A DNA stretch of 64,000 nt from an uncultured delta proteobacterium (GTDB lineage: Bacteria; Desulfobacterota; Binatia; UBA9968): NCBI GenBank assembly GCA_963755715.1, contig CAVWLW010000056.1, positions 69,454 to 133,453 on the forward strand, written 5' to 3'. This document shows, piece by piece, positions 44,042 to 54,577 of this stretch. Positions within the stretch are counted from its first letter, which is position 1, and each line of letters opens with the position of its first letter. A program made the position numbers and the translations under genes. The notes below the pieces were generated by a model. That model made no database searches. It worked only from the letters and a program-made list of their open reading frames with translations, and was not told the origin of the DNA.

Positions 44042-44097
44042 CCTTTAAAATTCTATCTAGTCTATGGGTCGCGACCGCACAGACAGAGAGGGTTTTC

Positions 44098-44280
44098 ATG
44101 TACGCAATCATTTGGCTTGTACTGATAGGAGTTGTCGGTTGGTCGATAGGAAACATGGCAGGACAACACCAATACGCGCAGATCTTAGGGGCTGAGCCTA
44201 GCGCGATTGAGATCACACTGGGAATTGCTGTCACCACTGTCGGCTGTCATCTATTCTTACACACTTCTTCGACTCGATGA
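44098..44280 (+). CDS. Small membrane protein (GlsB/YeaQ-like, degenerate)
   Basis: IIWLVLIGVVGWSIG...ITLGIA; GAGGG RBS. Confidence 0.5.
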   Translation: MYAIIWLVLIGVVGWSIGNMAGQHQYAQILGAEPSAIEITLGIAVTTVGCHLFLHTSSTR

Positions 44281-44364
44281 CTGAATAGTCCGCTCACGGC
44301 GAATGAGCGCAAGCTGGTCGATCGCGCTCGCGGGAGCAGAAAAACAAAGATTATTCGTAGATAT

Positions 44365-44407
44365 CGTCTGGTATTGAACAGCAACTTATTTCAACCTGAC
44401 CGATAAT
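44365..44407 (+). promoter_or_regulatory. Crp-type palindrome promoter A8 (csbD)
   Basis: CGTCTGGTATTGAACA-N21-GATAAT. Confidence 0.62.
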
Positions 44408-44476
44408 TGAAAAATCATAATCAACATAATAACCCGATCCTTGAGTAAGGATCCGAACACTTAAAAGGAGACAATT

Positions 44477-44689
44477 ATGTGGAACAAAGATGAGATCAAA
44501 GGTAAGGGCAAGCAGATTTCTGGGGCGATCAAGGACAAGACTGGGGAATTGATCAAGGATCCTAAACTCGAAGCCAAAGGGGAAGCAGAACGCGTAGCAG
44601 GTAAAATTCAGGAGAAGAGCGGAAAAGCGCGCCGTAAAACCAGTGAAGCGGTACAAAAGCTCGGCAAAGTGATTGCCGGCAAAATTTAG
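44477..44689 (+). CDS. CsbD family general stress protein
   Basis: NKDEIKGK...GAIKDKTG...LEAKG...GKIQ. Confidence 0.88.
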   Translation: MWNKDEIKGKGKQISGAIKDKTGELIKDPKLEAKGEAERVAGKIQEKSGKARRKTSEAVQKLGKVIAGKI

Positions 44690-44871
44690 TCTACGATTCT
44701 TTTGAAACGCCCTGCCCCAGATTGCTCCGGTGGCAGGCGAAAAAATTTTAGTCGCCTGTGTGGCGCCGTAGGGAATTCGTTACCGTTTGTAACGGTCACT
44801 TCGGCTTGGCCATCGGCGACAAGGATTGTGAGAAGTGCGAGTTCTAATCGGACAATGGGAGAAATATTCTA

Positions 44872-45291
44872 ATGGAAAACCAAGACAAAATACTCAAAAT
44901 GCTCAATGACGCTCTAGCTCAGGAACACGCATGTCAGATTCGTTATCTTACCCATGCAGCGGTCATTACCGGGCCGTATGCGGAAGCGGTGGCTGCTCGA
45001 CTCAAGGAAATAGCCGAAGACGAAAAGACTCATGCAATTCAGTTGCGCGACCGAATCACCGCTTTAGCTGGAACTCCGACGATGGAGATTGCCACCAAAG
45101 ATCTCATTCCGGCCACGACCTTGAAAGATATTTTGCGGGTGAACATCGCCGAGGAAGAAGCAGCTATTAAAATGTACCGGTCGATACTTGATTCGGTCGG
45201 ACATGACGGCACAATTCTTTATGAAACCATTGAAGATATCGTTAAAGATGAACAGCAACACAAAGAAGAATTACAGCGCTTACAAGAATAA
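44872..45291 (+). CDS. Ferritin-like (bacterioferritin/Dps-like) protein
   Basis: Two ExxH motifs (EKTH, EQQH), EEEAAIKMY. Confidence 0.82.
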   Translation: MENQDKILKMLNDALAQEHACQIRYLTHAAVITGPYAEAVAARLKEIAEDEKTHAIQLRDRITALAGTPTMEIATKDLIPATTLKDILRVNIAEEEAAIKMYRSILDSVGHDGTILYETIEDIVKDEQQHKEELQRLQE

Positions 45292-45430
45292 CTTCAACAC
45301 AGTGTTTTTCGTGTCGTCACTTGACCGCGAGTCGAAGCAGGCCCCGGGTCTGCTTCGATCTCTATTCCGGCTGGGTTACTAGCCGCCCGGTAATGAGCAG
45401 CCGATCTGAAGCCCGAAAGAAGATGGCACC

Positions 45431-45853
45431 ATGATTTATTCTTCATCGCCTTTTTCCCGCTTCGCCAAATGGACGGCACGAGCCACGGGCCATCCGGCGG
45501 CATTCATGGCTGCGGCTTCGATCGTCGTGGTCTGGGGGGTCACAGGCCCGATATTCAAGTTCAGCGATACTTGGCAATTGGTCATCAACACAGGCACGAC
45601 GATCGTCACATTCCTGATGGTATTTTTGATTCAGAATACCCAGAACCGCGATAGCCACGCCGTCCAACTCAAACTCGACGAGCTGATTCGCGCGGTGAGC
45701 GGCGCGCACAATGCCTTACTCGACCTCGAAGGCCTTGAAGAAGCCGATCTCGAGCGGTTTCGCGTGCGCTATGAAGAGCTCGCGCGCACTGCACGCGAAG
45801 CGCTAGGGCGCGGCGAATTGGACACCGACACTCCGGAAGTCAGGCCGGATTAG
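45431..45853 (+). CDS. Low-affinity iron permease family protein
   Basis: WQLVINTGTTIVTFLMVFLIQNTQNRD. Confidence 0.9.
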   Translation: MIYSSSPFSRFAKWTARATGHPAAFMAAASIVVVWGVTGPIFKFSDTWQLVINTGTTIVTFLMVFLIQNTQNRDSHAVQLKLDELIRAVSGAHNALLDLEGLEEADLERFRVRYEELARTAREALGRGELDTDTPEVRPD

Positions 45854-45893
45854 ATCACGCCGATTCGTTAACCGCCGTTCTCTAATCAATCTT

Positions 45894-46017
45894 CGACCTT
45901 TTGGTCGAGCGATTCGACCGCCGCGACGGTTCTTTTATCCTTGTTTCTCTAAAGCCCGAAAGAAGCAGTCGGAAACTACAGCCTTTTTCGAACAACAAGT
46001 TCTGGCACACAACCTGC
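45894..46017 (+). promoter_or_regulatory. sigma54 promoter with tandem enhancer B3
   Basis: CGACCTTTTGGTCG; TGGCAC-ACAAC-CTGC starts 109 nt later. Confidence 0.8.
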
Positions 46018-46061
46018 TCCTACACAGTTAAGATATAGATAACCCAAATAAAGGAGAGACT

Positions 46062-46142
46062 ATGGACACTCTATTGATCGTTATTTTACTGGTGCTTTTG
46101 TTCGGTGGTGGGGGCTGGGGATATTCTCGTTGGCGCCGGTAG
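46062..46142 (+). CDS. 26-aa membrane micropeptide MDTLLIVILLVLLFGGGGWGYSRWRR (DUF3309-like)
   Basis: AAGGAG RBS; identical copy at 52022. Confidence 0.75.
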   Translation: MDTLLIVILLVLLFGGGGWGYSRWRR

Positions 46143-46247
46143 CGAGAGTTCATTGATCCGGCTCTCAGTGTGGCTAACGTTGTAACGCAAATCGGGAGAG
46201 CACAAATCACGTCGCAACAAAACGCGGCGAAGAAAGGAGAAACTGAC

Positions 46248-46322
46248 ATGAACAGTATTTTCTACATAGTTGGTGTTATTGTCGTAGTGGTTTTCGTCGC
46301 CGGCTTTTTCGGACTGAGGTAG
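46248..46322 (+). CDS. 24-aa membrane micropeptide MNSIFYIVGVIVVVVFVAGFFGLR
   Basis: AAAGGAG RBS; paralog at 63591 differs mostly at synonymous sites. Confidence 0.75.
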   Translation: MNSIFYIVGVIVVVVFVAGFFGLR

Positions 46323-46366
46323 CCCCGGAGCCTCACGAGGGACTTTCCCGATATTTTTTTCAAACC

Positions 46367-46409
46367 TGTCTAATACTGGACGGCAATCCCTGGCGAGTCA
46401 GCATAAGTT
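46367..46409 (+). promoter_or_regulatory. Crp-type palindrome promoter A9
   Basis: TGTCTAATACTGGACG-N21-TAAGTT. Confidence 0.75.
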
Positions 46410-46462
46410 TCAAATCATTCTGGGCATAGGGTTTCACTCCTGACGTTAACCGAGGAGTTGAA

Positions 46463-46691
46463 ATGGAAAGAGTTATTTTGGCTCTAGCGTTCTTGATCGT
46501 TCTCGGTCAAAGCGGTTGTGCGTTCTTGGGCGGAGCGGCGTTAGGCGCCCTGGGCACAAGCGCAGGTTACGAAATTAACGCCAAGAGTAAGATGGACCAG
46601 CTCGAGGATGATTACAAAGCCGAGAGAATATCCCGTAGAGAATACGAAGGCTCGTAAGTCGCAGATAGAAAAAGGCTCCATCATTTATTAG
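46463..46691 (+). CDS. Small lipoprotein, frameshift near 46650
   Basis: Lipobox QSGC, Gly-zipper; corrected end RKSQIEKGSIIY. Confidence 0.65.
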
Positions 46692-46731
46692 GAGAAATCT
46701 AAATTTCAAAGAAAAGGCACGGAGGTGATTT

Positions 46732-47043
46732 ATGATACGGGCATTCAAAAGGTTAACAGTGACTTTGGCACTTCTGTTCTTCATGACCGGCTGCCAAGCA
46801 ATGACCGGTGAAACCGCGGGGCAGAACATCGATGACGGCACCCTTACGACATCTGTGAAGTCCTCACTCGCGGGAGAGCGGCTTAACACCCTGACACGTG
46901 TGGGCGTCGAGACCAACAACGGCATTGTGTACCTTACCGGCGAAGTCGAGACCGCCGCGGAGAAGTCGCGCGCTGGAACGGTTGCCGGGCAGGTAAAGGG
47001 CGTCAAACAGGTAGTCAACAACCTGCAAGTCATCAAGCGTTAG
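46732..47043 (+). CDS. BON-domain lipoprotein
   Basis: Lipobox, IDDGTLTTSVKSSL, VYLTGEV, GVKQVVNNLQV. Confidence 0.9.
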   Translation: MIRAFKRLTVTLALLFFMTGCQAMTGETAGQNIDDGTLTTSVKSSLAGERLNTLTRVGVETNNGIVYLTGEVETAAEKSRAGTVAGQVKGVKQVVNNLQVIKR

Positions 47044-47240
47044 AGGCTGACTGTTCCAACGGCCAAAAAGCAGGGCTATCGGGAACCGAGAAAATCTGGG
47101 GGCTAAGAATTTCGACAGCAGGCTTTCTAGAAGAATATTCCAAATTGTGTTGATCAGTGCTCTGGTGGTGCTCGGGATCCCTCGCTCGGCGGTATCGAGT
47201 GGATTAGCCATTTTGGCTCCAAAAACGGAGGAAAAATATT

Positions 47241-47471
47241 ATGCGTAGCAATCCGATAACGCTTGTTGGAATCGCTCTCATCATCCTTGGGATAGTGGCC
47301 TTTGCCTACCAAGGCATCACCTATACCAGCCGCGAAAAGATTATCGATATCGGCCCCATCCAAGCCACCGCCGACACCCAGAAGAGCATTCCGCTCTCAC
47401 CTCTCTTGGGGGGATTGGTGCTTGTAGGGGGGATCGCTTTGGTTGTGGTTGGAGCCAAGACATCGTCTTAG
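47241..47471 (+). CDS. DUF3185-like small membrane protein, copy 1
   Basis: YQGITYTSREKIIDIGPIQA. Confidence 0.8.
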   Translation: MRSNPITLVGIALIILGIVAFAYQGITYTSREKIIDIGPIQATADTQKSIPLSPLLGGLVLVGGIALVVVGAKTSS

Positions 47472-47674
47472 TGCGTCTGAGGGTTGCCTGCCACGGGCAA
47501 TGTCGCGGCCCAATGATCGTGGATCAATTTCTAAAAAATTGGATAGGGGGAAATTGACATGGCGAGCTTGGTTTTGATGCTTGTCGCGATTTGAGCTGGG
47601 AATACAGATGATCAGGGGACGAATCTGATCGTCGACTTCCTCCACGGCCGCGGCTCTCGTCCCTAACGTTTAAT

Positions 47675-47862
47675 GGTGTACCCGAGTACACGATCGATGT
47701 CATCCCGCACGGGATTTCGAGCGTGCCGTTCGCGTCAAGCAATGAGAAAGAACTCGGGATCGAAGGCAAGTCGGTGACTTTTACATTCGGACTGCTGTCG
47801 CCGGACAAAGGTATCGAGCATGTCATCGACGCGCTGCCCGTAATTCTTGCCCGCTATCCGGA
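47675..47862 (+). pseudogene. Internal fragment of the GT4 glycosyltransferase
   Basis: Near-identical to 55500-55690 (ELGIEGKSV.FTFGLLSPDKGIEHVIDALP). Confidence 0.85.
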
Positions 47863-48000
47863 TCGATTGACCGTGCTGACAAAAATGACCGGCTCAAACG
47901 GCAGGCCAAGTGATTGGTGCGCCAGAGATTAAACCGAATTAAATGTTTTTCTCAGTGGGGACACTAACTCGGATCGAACTAAAGCGGCAAGATTTACTCT

Positions 48001-48050
48001 ATGAACAAACTCTCTCTATCAAACGGAGCAAATGAATCATCCGTATACCC
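48001..48050 (+). pseudogene. 5' remnant of the superoxide dismutase gene
   Basis: atgaacaaactc...tatcaaacgg...atccgtataccc matches 56350-56401; upstream leader also homologous. Confidence 0.7.
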
Positions 48051-48225
48051 CGCGCGCTACGTCCGCATGATGCGCCGGGCAATGTAGGAGGGCTCCACAG
48101 GACACGGAAAGCCATGAGGGTGAGGTATTGCGCGCAGAGTCCGATGAGGAAGAAGGGCTAAAGGAAATTAATCATATTGGGTACATTAACGACGAAGGCC
48201 GATTAAGGAAAAAGAAGGGAAGAAA

Positions 48226-48978
48226 ATGCAAAAAAGTGTAAAAGATCTAAAAGGCTATGCCATCGGCGCAACGGACGGTGACATTGGAAAGCTGGATGAT
48301 TTCTATTTTGACGACGAAGCCTGGACCATCCGGTATCTGGTGGCCGACACCGGTAATTGGCTTCTGGGCCGAAAGGTACTTATCTCGCCTATCGCTCTCG
48401 GCAAGGCGGATTTATCAGAGGAGCGGCTCAATGTCACCCTGACAAAGAAGCAAGTCGAGGAGAGCCCCAGCATTGATACCGAGAAGCCGGTTTCTCGCCA
48501 GCACGAGGCGTCTTACCACGACTACTACGGTTACCCATATTATTGGAGTGGTCCTTACTTGTGGGGCCCCATGTACTTTCCTCAGCTCCCACAGGCCGAT
48601 CAAAAAATAATTGAAGAACGGCGCGCGGAGCGAGAAGAAGCAGGCGATTTGCATCTGCGCAGCGCTACTGAAGTGACGGGCTATCACATTGAGGCTACGG
48701 ATGACGGCATCGGTCATGTCGAAGACTTTATCATTGATGATGAAACCTGGGAGATTCGGTATATGGTTGTGGATACGCGTAATTGGTTGCCGGGAAAAAA
48801 GGTGCTGGTTGCGCCACGGTGGATCGATCGGGTGAGCTGGGACAATTCCAAGGTATACGTAAACTTATCCCGGGAGGCGATCAAGAATGCACCCGAATAT
48901 CATCCGGACGCTCTCAACCGGGAATATGAAGGGAAGCTTTACGATCACTACGATCGGCCGAAGTATTGGGATCTTTGA
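48226..48978 (+). CDS. Double PRC-barrel domain protein
   Basis: Two repeats of GYxIxATDxxIG...DF..DDExWxIRYxVxDTxNWL. Confidence 0.9.
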   Translation: MQKSVKDLKGYAIGATDGDIGKLDDFYFDDEAWTIRYLVADTGNWLLGRKVLISPIALGKADLSEERLNVTLTKKQVEESPSIDTEKPVSRQHEASYHDYYGYPYYWSGPYLWGPMYFPQLPQADQKIIEERRAEREEAGDLHLRSATEVTGYHIEATDDGIGHVEDFIIDDETWEIRYMVVDTRNWLPGKKVLVAPRWIDRVSWDNSKVYVNLSREAIKNAPEYHPDALNREYEGKLYDHYDRPKYWDL

Positions 48979-49403
48979 TCCAGGCTTCAAGGAGCTGATC
49001 GAAGTAAGGGGTAAGGAAAGGGACGAAAAAGCGGGTAAAACGCGAAGACAAGCAAAGGCAAGCAAAGGCAGAAGTCCCTGACTCAAAGCCGATCAAAGCT
49101 CTCGAGACAATCGAGAGGAAAGGCGGAAGGCAGTTAGGCCCTGACGAAGAGGAAAGCCAAATGTCGTCGCTCCAGGCTTGGATTCTGACGGCGGAAGGGC
49201 GAGAAAGAAAAGTCGAAAACAGACTTGGTGGAAAAAAAGGAATAAAGGAAAAAAAAAACAAAAAAAAACTGCCAGCTCAGCAAGGGAGAATCCACTGAAA
49301 TTAAAGACGCGAGAAGAGAAAAAAGAAACTCTGCGATTAGTCGGGCGTACAGTTTAGATTTATTCGTCTCGTTTTCGTTTATCAAATTGCTCTTTCGCGA
49401 TAA

Positions 49404-49700
49404 TTGACAAATTCGTTGCCTGACGTCCGAATCGCATGGAGAGATGTCTGGATCGGAGCGTCGGCCACGACCTTATTGCTATATTCGGTTGGAAAATTTT
49501 TAACCGGCTTTGATCTGGACCAAAGCACGATCACATCCATCTATGATGCGGCCGGTTCACTCGTTACTCTTTTGTTATGGGTCGATCATTCATCTCTCAT
49601 GTTTCTTCGGCGCCGAGTTAACCCAAGTCTACGCGACCCGGCACGGATTGAAAGTCATCCCCCGGAAAATGCTCAAAGCAATAGGCCGGCGAGTGAATCG
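49404..49700 (+). pseudogene. C-terminal fragment of a YihY/BrkB family membrane protein
   Basis: LPDVRIAWRDVWIGA...AAGSLVTLLLW / FGAELTQVYA; N-terminus missing, frameshifted. Confidence 0.7.
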
Positions 49701-49749
49701 CATAAACTCTTCGAGGAGCTACTCTCTATGTATCCCGGAAGAAAGCTAG

Positions 49750-51664
49750 ATGAAAAATCCACGAGAACGCAACAATCTCCGGGGCACTAGCGGTCACAGC
49801 ACCGGAACACTACCAACTCTGATCGCCGTCGCGACCTTCGTTCTGATAATTGCGTCGCTCTATTGGGCGCAAGCTGTTCTGATTCCGGTAGCTCTGGCGA
49901 TTTTGCTGACCTTTTTGTTGAGTCCGGTTGCCGGCGCCCTGGAACGGATAGCTCTTGGACGACTCCCTTCGGTCATCCTTATCGTAGTTCTTACATTTTC
50001 CCTCCTGGGAGGAATCGGCTGGATCGTCACCCTTCAATTTGAAAGCCTGGCTAACGAGCTGCCCACATATAGAAAGAATATCAGGCAAAAAATAGCCGAC
50101 ATACGTGAGGCGGGTAAGGGAGGTGCTCTAGAGAAACTCCAAAAGACTGCCGAGGATGTGAAGGAACAATTTCAGAAGAAGGACGAACCCGCAAGGGTCC
50201 AAGAAAAGCCCCGTGAGGTTGTCGTGAAGGCCGAGGAGTCGTCCACATTTTGGCCCGTTCCACCGGCCGTCGGCCCGACGGTGGAGCGGTTCGCCAGCGC
50301 TGGCCTTGTGATTGTGCTGGTGATTTTTATGCTCATTTATCGCGAAGATCTGCGCAACCGCCTGATCCGTCTCATCGGTTATGGCCGCCTGACGGTTACC
50401 ACTAAGGCGCTCGAAGAGGCGGGCGACCGGATCAGCCACTACCTGCTCATGCAGACGATCATCAATGCCTCCTTTGGTTTAGCGATAGGTTCGGCATTTT
50501 TTCTGATTAGTCTACCTTATGCCGTCCTCTGGGGTTTTCTTGCTGCCGTGTTGCGTTTCATTCCCTATATCGGACCCTTTTCGGCTGGCGATCATGCCGA
50601 GCGCCCTTAGCCTGGCGGTTTTCCAAGGTTGGCTGTGGCCGATCGTGGTTGTCGGACTCTTTTTGGTGTTGGAGCTTCTCAATAATATGGTTTTGGAGCC
50701 TTTGCTCTATGGCGAGAGCGCAGGCGTTTCAAAAGTTGGACTCCTAGTTGCAATCGCGTTCTGGACATGGCTTTGGGGACCTGTCGGACTGGTCCTCGCC
50801 ACCCCGCTCACGGTCTGTGTTGTCGTGCTTGGCAAATATGTACCCCAGCTGGATTTTATCGGAGTGCTTATGAGCGATCAGCCGGCCATGGAATCAAACA
50901 TAAGCTACTATCAGAGACTGTTGGCTATGGACCAGGCCGAAGCGGCGGAAATCGTCGAAGAGCATCTCAAGACCCATCCGCAGGAACAGCTCTTCGATGG
51001 GGTGCTGATTCCGGCACTGAACTACACCCGGAGAGACCGGGAACTTGGCCGGCTGACGGAAGATGGCGAACAATTTGTTTTCCGAGCGACACGGGAGATC
51101 CTCGAGGACCTGAATAGTTTGAAGCCTCAGAGTTCGTCCGAAGTATCAGACTCTTCAAAAACTACGACGACCGACGAAAACTCCCCGGTTATCCTTCCGA
51201 AAGTTCCCATCTTGGGATGTCCTGCTCAAGACGAAGCGGACGAACTGGCACTCCTCATGTTCCGGCAACTGCTTGATTCCAGCAGATATGAAGTCGAAAT
51301 TATGTCCGACGCGATGCTCACCGCCGAAGTTGTTGCTCGGATCGGCGAGAAGGGTCCGGCTATGATTTGTATCGCAGCCCTGCCGCCCGGCGGACTGGTG
51401 CAGGCACGCTACCTCTGCAAGCGGCTGCGGGCCCGGTTTCCCAATCTCAAGATCGTGGTAGGGCGATGGGGTGTAGGAAGCGAAGATAGTAACAGTATCC
51501 TGATCGCGGGTGCTGACAGGGTCGGGACTACCATGATTGAAACGCGCGAGCAGATGATCCAATTGAGCCAAATCAGCCCTCATTCCGAAGCTCAGTCCGG
51601 CACGACTGCAAATCCTTTCTCTCCTGTTGATGCGTTGCTTCCCCAGAGGTTGTCGCCTAATTAA
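49750..51664 (+). CDS. AI-2E family transporter with cytoplasmic C-terminal domain, frameshift near 50585
   Basis: LRFIPYIGP / LEPLLYG, FWTWLWGPVGLVLATPLT; tail QDEADELA...LRARFPNLKIVVGRW. Confidence 0.85.
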
Positions 51665-51858
51665 AATGATTTGGCAAAATACTTCAGGAATCAGATTGCC
51701 GTCGTGAGCTACTTAACTGATCATTATTCAACAGACTGCTTAAGCAGAACGGGTTCAGTCAACGATCGCATGATTTGTTGCTGCGTGAGAACGTAAATTC
51801 TCGTCGTTCGTGATTGCATTTATCAATCTTTTGAACTCACCCTCCACCTGATCTAATT

Positions 51859-51982
51859 CGACCTTTTGGTCGAGCGATTCGACCGCCGCGACGGTTCTTT
51901 CATCCTTGTTTCTCTAAAACTCGAAAGAAGCAGCCGGAAATTACAGCCTTTTTCGAACAACAAGTTCTGGCACACAACCTGC
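51859..51982 (+). promoter_or_regulatory. sigma54 promoter with tandem enhancer B4
   Basis: CGACCTTTTGGTCG; TGGCAC-ACAAC-CTGC starts 109 nt later. Confidence 0.8.
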
Positions 51983-52021
51983 TCCTCCACAGATATAGAT
52001 AACCCAAATAAAGGAGAGACT

Positions 52022-52102
52022 ATGGACACTCTATTGATCGTTATTTTACTGGTGCTTTTGTTCGGTGGTGGGGGCTGGGGATATTCTCGTTGGCGCCGGT
52101 AG
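52022..52102 (+). CDS. 26-aa membrane micropeptide, copy 2
   Basis: Identical to 46062-46142. Confidence 0.75.
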   Translation: MDTLLIVILLVLLFGGGGWGYSRWRR

Positions 52103-52319
52103 CGCCCGCGGGCATCTACCTGCTCCGCGCTTGGAACAAAAAACCGATCTGAAAGGGCAGCAGCTTGCTGCGAACTCTCTTCGTCAGAGGATTCGATACC
52201 GATCTGCGGGTGGCGGGATAGTTCATTGATCCGGCTCTCAGGGTGGCCAACCTTGTAACGCAACTCGGTTGTGCACAACTCACGTCGCAACAAACAGCGA
52301 TGAAAGATTAGGAGAATTT

Positions 52320-52544
52320 ATGACAAAGAAAATCGAAATCCACGGTCAGCGCGTTCAACTCTACAGTTTAGACGAAGGCCGTACCTGGTCGAGCAGCCCG
52401 CAATCGATCATTGCTTATGGGCAAAGGAAAACGACGCTGCGCTTGGAATTACAAAAGAGATTTGAACGCGTAAATGGGCTGCAGTACCCCGATCCGAATA
52501 ACATCGCTGAACTTGAAATCCCAACGAGCTTCGCTAGACGGTGA
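52320..52544 (+). CDS. Hypothetical protein
   Basis: 74 aa after AGGAG RBS. Confidence 0.55.
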   Translation: MTKKIEIHGQRVQLYSLDEGRTWSSSPQSIIAYGQRKTTLRLELQKRFERVNGLQYPDPNNIAELEIPTSFARR

Positions 52545-52867
52545 AGATAACTAGGACGTGTCTTGATCCCGCTAAAAGGAGGGATAGCCGTAACTGCCTT
52601 AGATTTAGAATTCGGTTATTTTTATCTGCCTGTGGGATCGCCAAGCGGGTGACGGGCCGGGTGGGACGAGGCATTTACACGACGCCGTTGTCCAGGGTTC
52701 AGGCAAGGCCTACGTGCTCGATACGACAAACTCTGGTAAGCCCCTCGCAATCATCAGACTGCTAAGACGAATGACTTATTTAGCGCAGCGCGAGAACTTA
52801 AATTTTCGTGCAGTGAGGACTGTACTAAATTAATCGCTTCCAACGCGTCCTTCCGGAAAATCTAAGC

Positions 52868-52990
52868 CGACCTTTTGGTCGAGAGTTTCGACGCTTCTAA
52901 CGAACCGTTTCTTCGTTTCCCTCTGACAACCTCAAGAAGTTATCGGAAACGCAGCCTTTTCCCTGTGACACGTTGTGGCACAGATAGTGC
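52868..52990 (+). promoter_or_regulatory. sigma54 promoter with tandem enhancer B5
   Basis: CGACCTTTTGGTCG; TGGCAC-AGATA-GTGC starts 108 nt later. Confidence 0.8.
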
Positions 52991-53042
52991 TCTACATACC
53001 TAATGTCAGAAAACGAAATCCGAAAACTGGAGTTGTTACACA

Positions 53043-53192
53043 ATGCGACGAATAATCTTTGCAACACTAATGATGTTGATCCTCTTAGGCACTAACGTGG
53101 CTTGCAACACGGTTCACGGTCTCGGCCAAGACGTTGAGCGGGCGGGCGAAAAGACTCAGGACGCGGCGAACGCCGTGAAGAAGAAATTGTAG
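53043..53192 (+). CDS. Entericidin EcnA/B family lipoprotein (49 aa)
   Basis: ACNTVHGLGQDVERAGE. Confidence 0.85.
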   Translation: MRRIIFATLMMLILLGTNVACNTVHGLGQDVERAGEKTQDAANAVKKKL

Positions 53193-53272
53193 AACGCGCC
53201 GGAGTATTTGACTTTGGCCGGCTGGAGCTCTCATCGCGTGCATGCGGACTTGACGATATTTCTTTTGAAAGT

Positions 53273-53315
53273 CGTCCAAAATTAGACAGCAGTCCCCGAC
53301 TCGTCAGCGTACCGT
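53273..53315 (+). promoter_or_regulatory. Crp-type palindrome promoter A10
   Basis: CGTCCAAAATTAGACA-N21-TACCGT. Confidence 0.72.
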
Positions 53316-53382
53316 TAAAGACGTTACGGCGTGGGTTTTACGGCTGAGGTTACGTGGTTCTCAGTCAAAGCGGGAGGGTTTT

Positions 53383-53604
53383 ATGAACACATTCAGAATA
53401 ATCATGTCCGGAATTATGGTGGCCGGCTTCGTGCTGGTTTCGAGTGGATGTTACGAGTGGAATCGCAGCGGCGACTACGGCGGGTATGACAGGGTCGGCA
53501 GCAGCTATGACAGGAACGATCGCCGCTGGGATGGAGATCCTTACCAAGGCGGGGGTTACTCACGACCAGATCGGAGGGACTCGAACTGGAAAGAAATTAA
53601 TTGA
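53383..53604 (+). CDS. Small lipoprotein with Y/D/R/G-rich tail
   Basis: Lipobox SSGC; GGGAGG RBS. Confidence 0.65.
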   Translation: MNTFRIIMSGIMVAGFVLVSSGCYEWNRSGDYGGYDRVGSSYDRNDRRWDGDPYQGGGYSRPDRRDSNWKEIN

Positions 53605-53668
53605 CGGAAAATCACGTGATGCGCTGAGCAAGAAAACAAAACTTTCAGAACTAGTGAAGGAGAATTTT

Positions 53669-53980
53669 ATGATCCGGACAATCAAAAATGTGACAGGTGC
53701 GTTGGTAGTTCTTTTCTTAATGAGTGGTTGCCAGGCGATGACCGGCGAGACCATGGGACAAAACCTCGATGATGGAGCTCTTACTTCGTCCGTAAAGACC
53801 AAACTCGCTTCAGACAAGCTTGTCACCCTGTCGCGTGTGGGAGTCGAAACCAACAATGGGATTGTTTATCTGACCGGCGAAGTCGAGACCGGCGACCAGA
53901 AGTCCCACATCGGATCGGTTTCGTCGCAGGTGAGCGGCGTCAAACGGGTCGTCAACAATTTGCAAGTCATCCAGCGTTAG
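53669..53980 (+). CDS. BON-domain lipoprotein, paralog of 46732-47043
   Basis: GCQAMTGET, RVGVETNNGIVYLTGEVET. Confidence 0.9.
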   Translation: MIRTIKNVTGALVVLFLMSGCQAMTGETMGQNLDDGALTSSVKTKLASDKLVTLSRVGVETNNGIVYLTGEVETGDQKSHIGSVSSQVSGVKRVVNNLQVIQR

Positions 53981-54026
53981 TCGCTGACGGTTCCAACGCG
54001 AGAGCATTCGATCAGAGGAGAAATTT

Positions 54027-54329
54027 ATGACAACGAACGGTGAATCGAAATTTTCGTACTTACTTGTCGGTCTAGGTCTGGGAGCCATCGGCGGGTTCAT
54101 GGCCGCGATTCTTGGTCGTAAAGAGACGCGCGAGGTGCTCCGTGAACGCGGCGGTAAAAGCCTGGACTACCTGAATCAGCAGGCGGGTAAGCTGCGCGAG
54201 ACTGCCGACGTGATCGTGCAACAGGGAAAGAAGCTCATGGCTTGCAACGATTCCGACTCAGTTGTTCGCACTACGGAGGCCGAAAAGCAGGCTTTTCAGG
54301 AAGGCAAGCGAGAAAACTTGGGTGGCTAA
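54027..54329 (+). CDS. YtxH-domain protein
   Basis: LVGLGLGAIGG...GRKETRE. Confidence 0.75.
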   Translation: MTTNGESKFSYLLVGLGLGAIGGFMAAILGRKETREVLRERGGKSLDYLNQQAGKLRETADVIVQQGKKLMACNDSDSVVRTTEAEKQAFQEGKRENLGG

Positions 54330-54370
54330 GAATATTGACAGAGGGTTTTCCAACAGAACGGAGCCGAAAA

Positions 54371-54544
54371 ATGCTTTGGGCTATCTTTGCGATGCTTGTG
54401 GTCCTGGGCGTAGTGAGCTTCCTCGCTTCCTATACGTTGGTTGGCGGGGTCATGCAAATTTTACTGATTAGCGCTCTGGTGGTGCTCGGGATCAATCGCA
54501 TTCGAGCGGTATCGACTCAAATTCGGCGGTCTCAAGTGGATTAG
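54371..54544 (+). CDS. lmo0937/DUF5670-like small membrane protein
   Basis: MLWAIFAMLVVL...SYTLVGGVMQILLISALVV. Confidence 0.65.
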   Translation: MLWAIFAMLVVLGVVSFLASYTLVGGVMQILLISALVVLGINRIRAVSTQIRRSQVD

Positions 54545-54577
54545 TCATTTGGGTTAAAAAACGAAGGAATAAACACG

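Larger units (their letters stand above)
45888..46142. repeat. ~250-bp direct repeat, copy 1 (copy 2 at about 51855-52102)
   Basis: Near-identical enhancer, sigma54 promoter and 26-aa peptide gene. Confidence 0.92.

Noticed and set aside
44779-44793. Palindrome GTTAC-CGTTT-GTAAC upstream of the ferritin-like gene
   Set aside because: Single occurrence; cannot be assigned to a regulator
48990-49330. Purine/poly-A-rich stretch with RKGG-like codons (possible KGG stress-protein relic)
   Set aside because: No coherent ORF or RBS; low complexity and error-prone sequence
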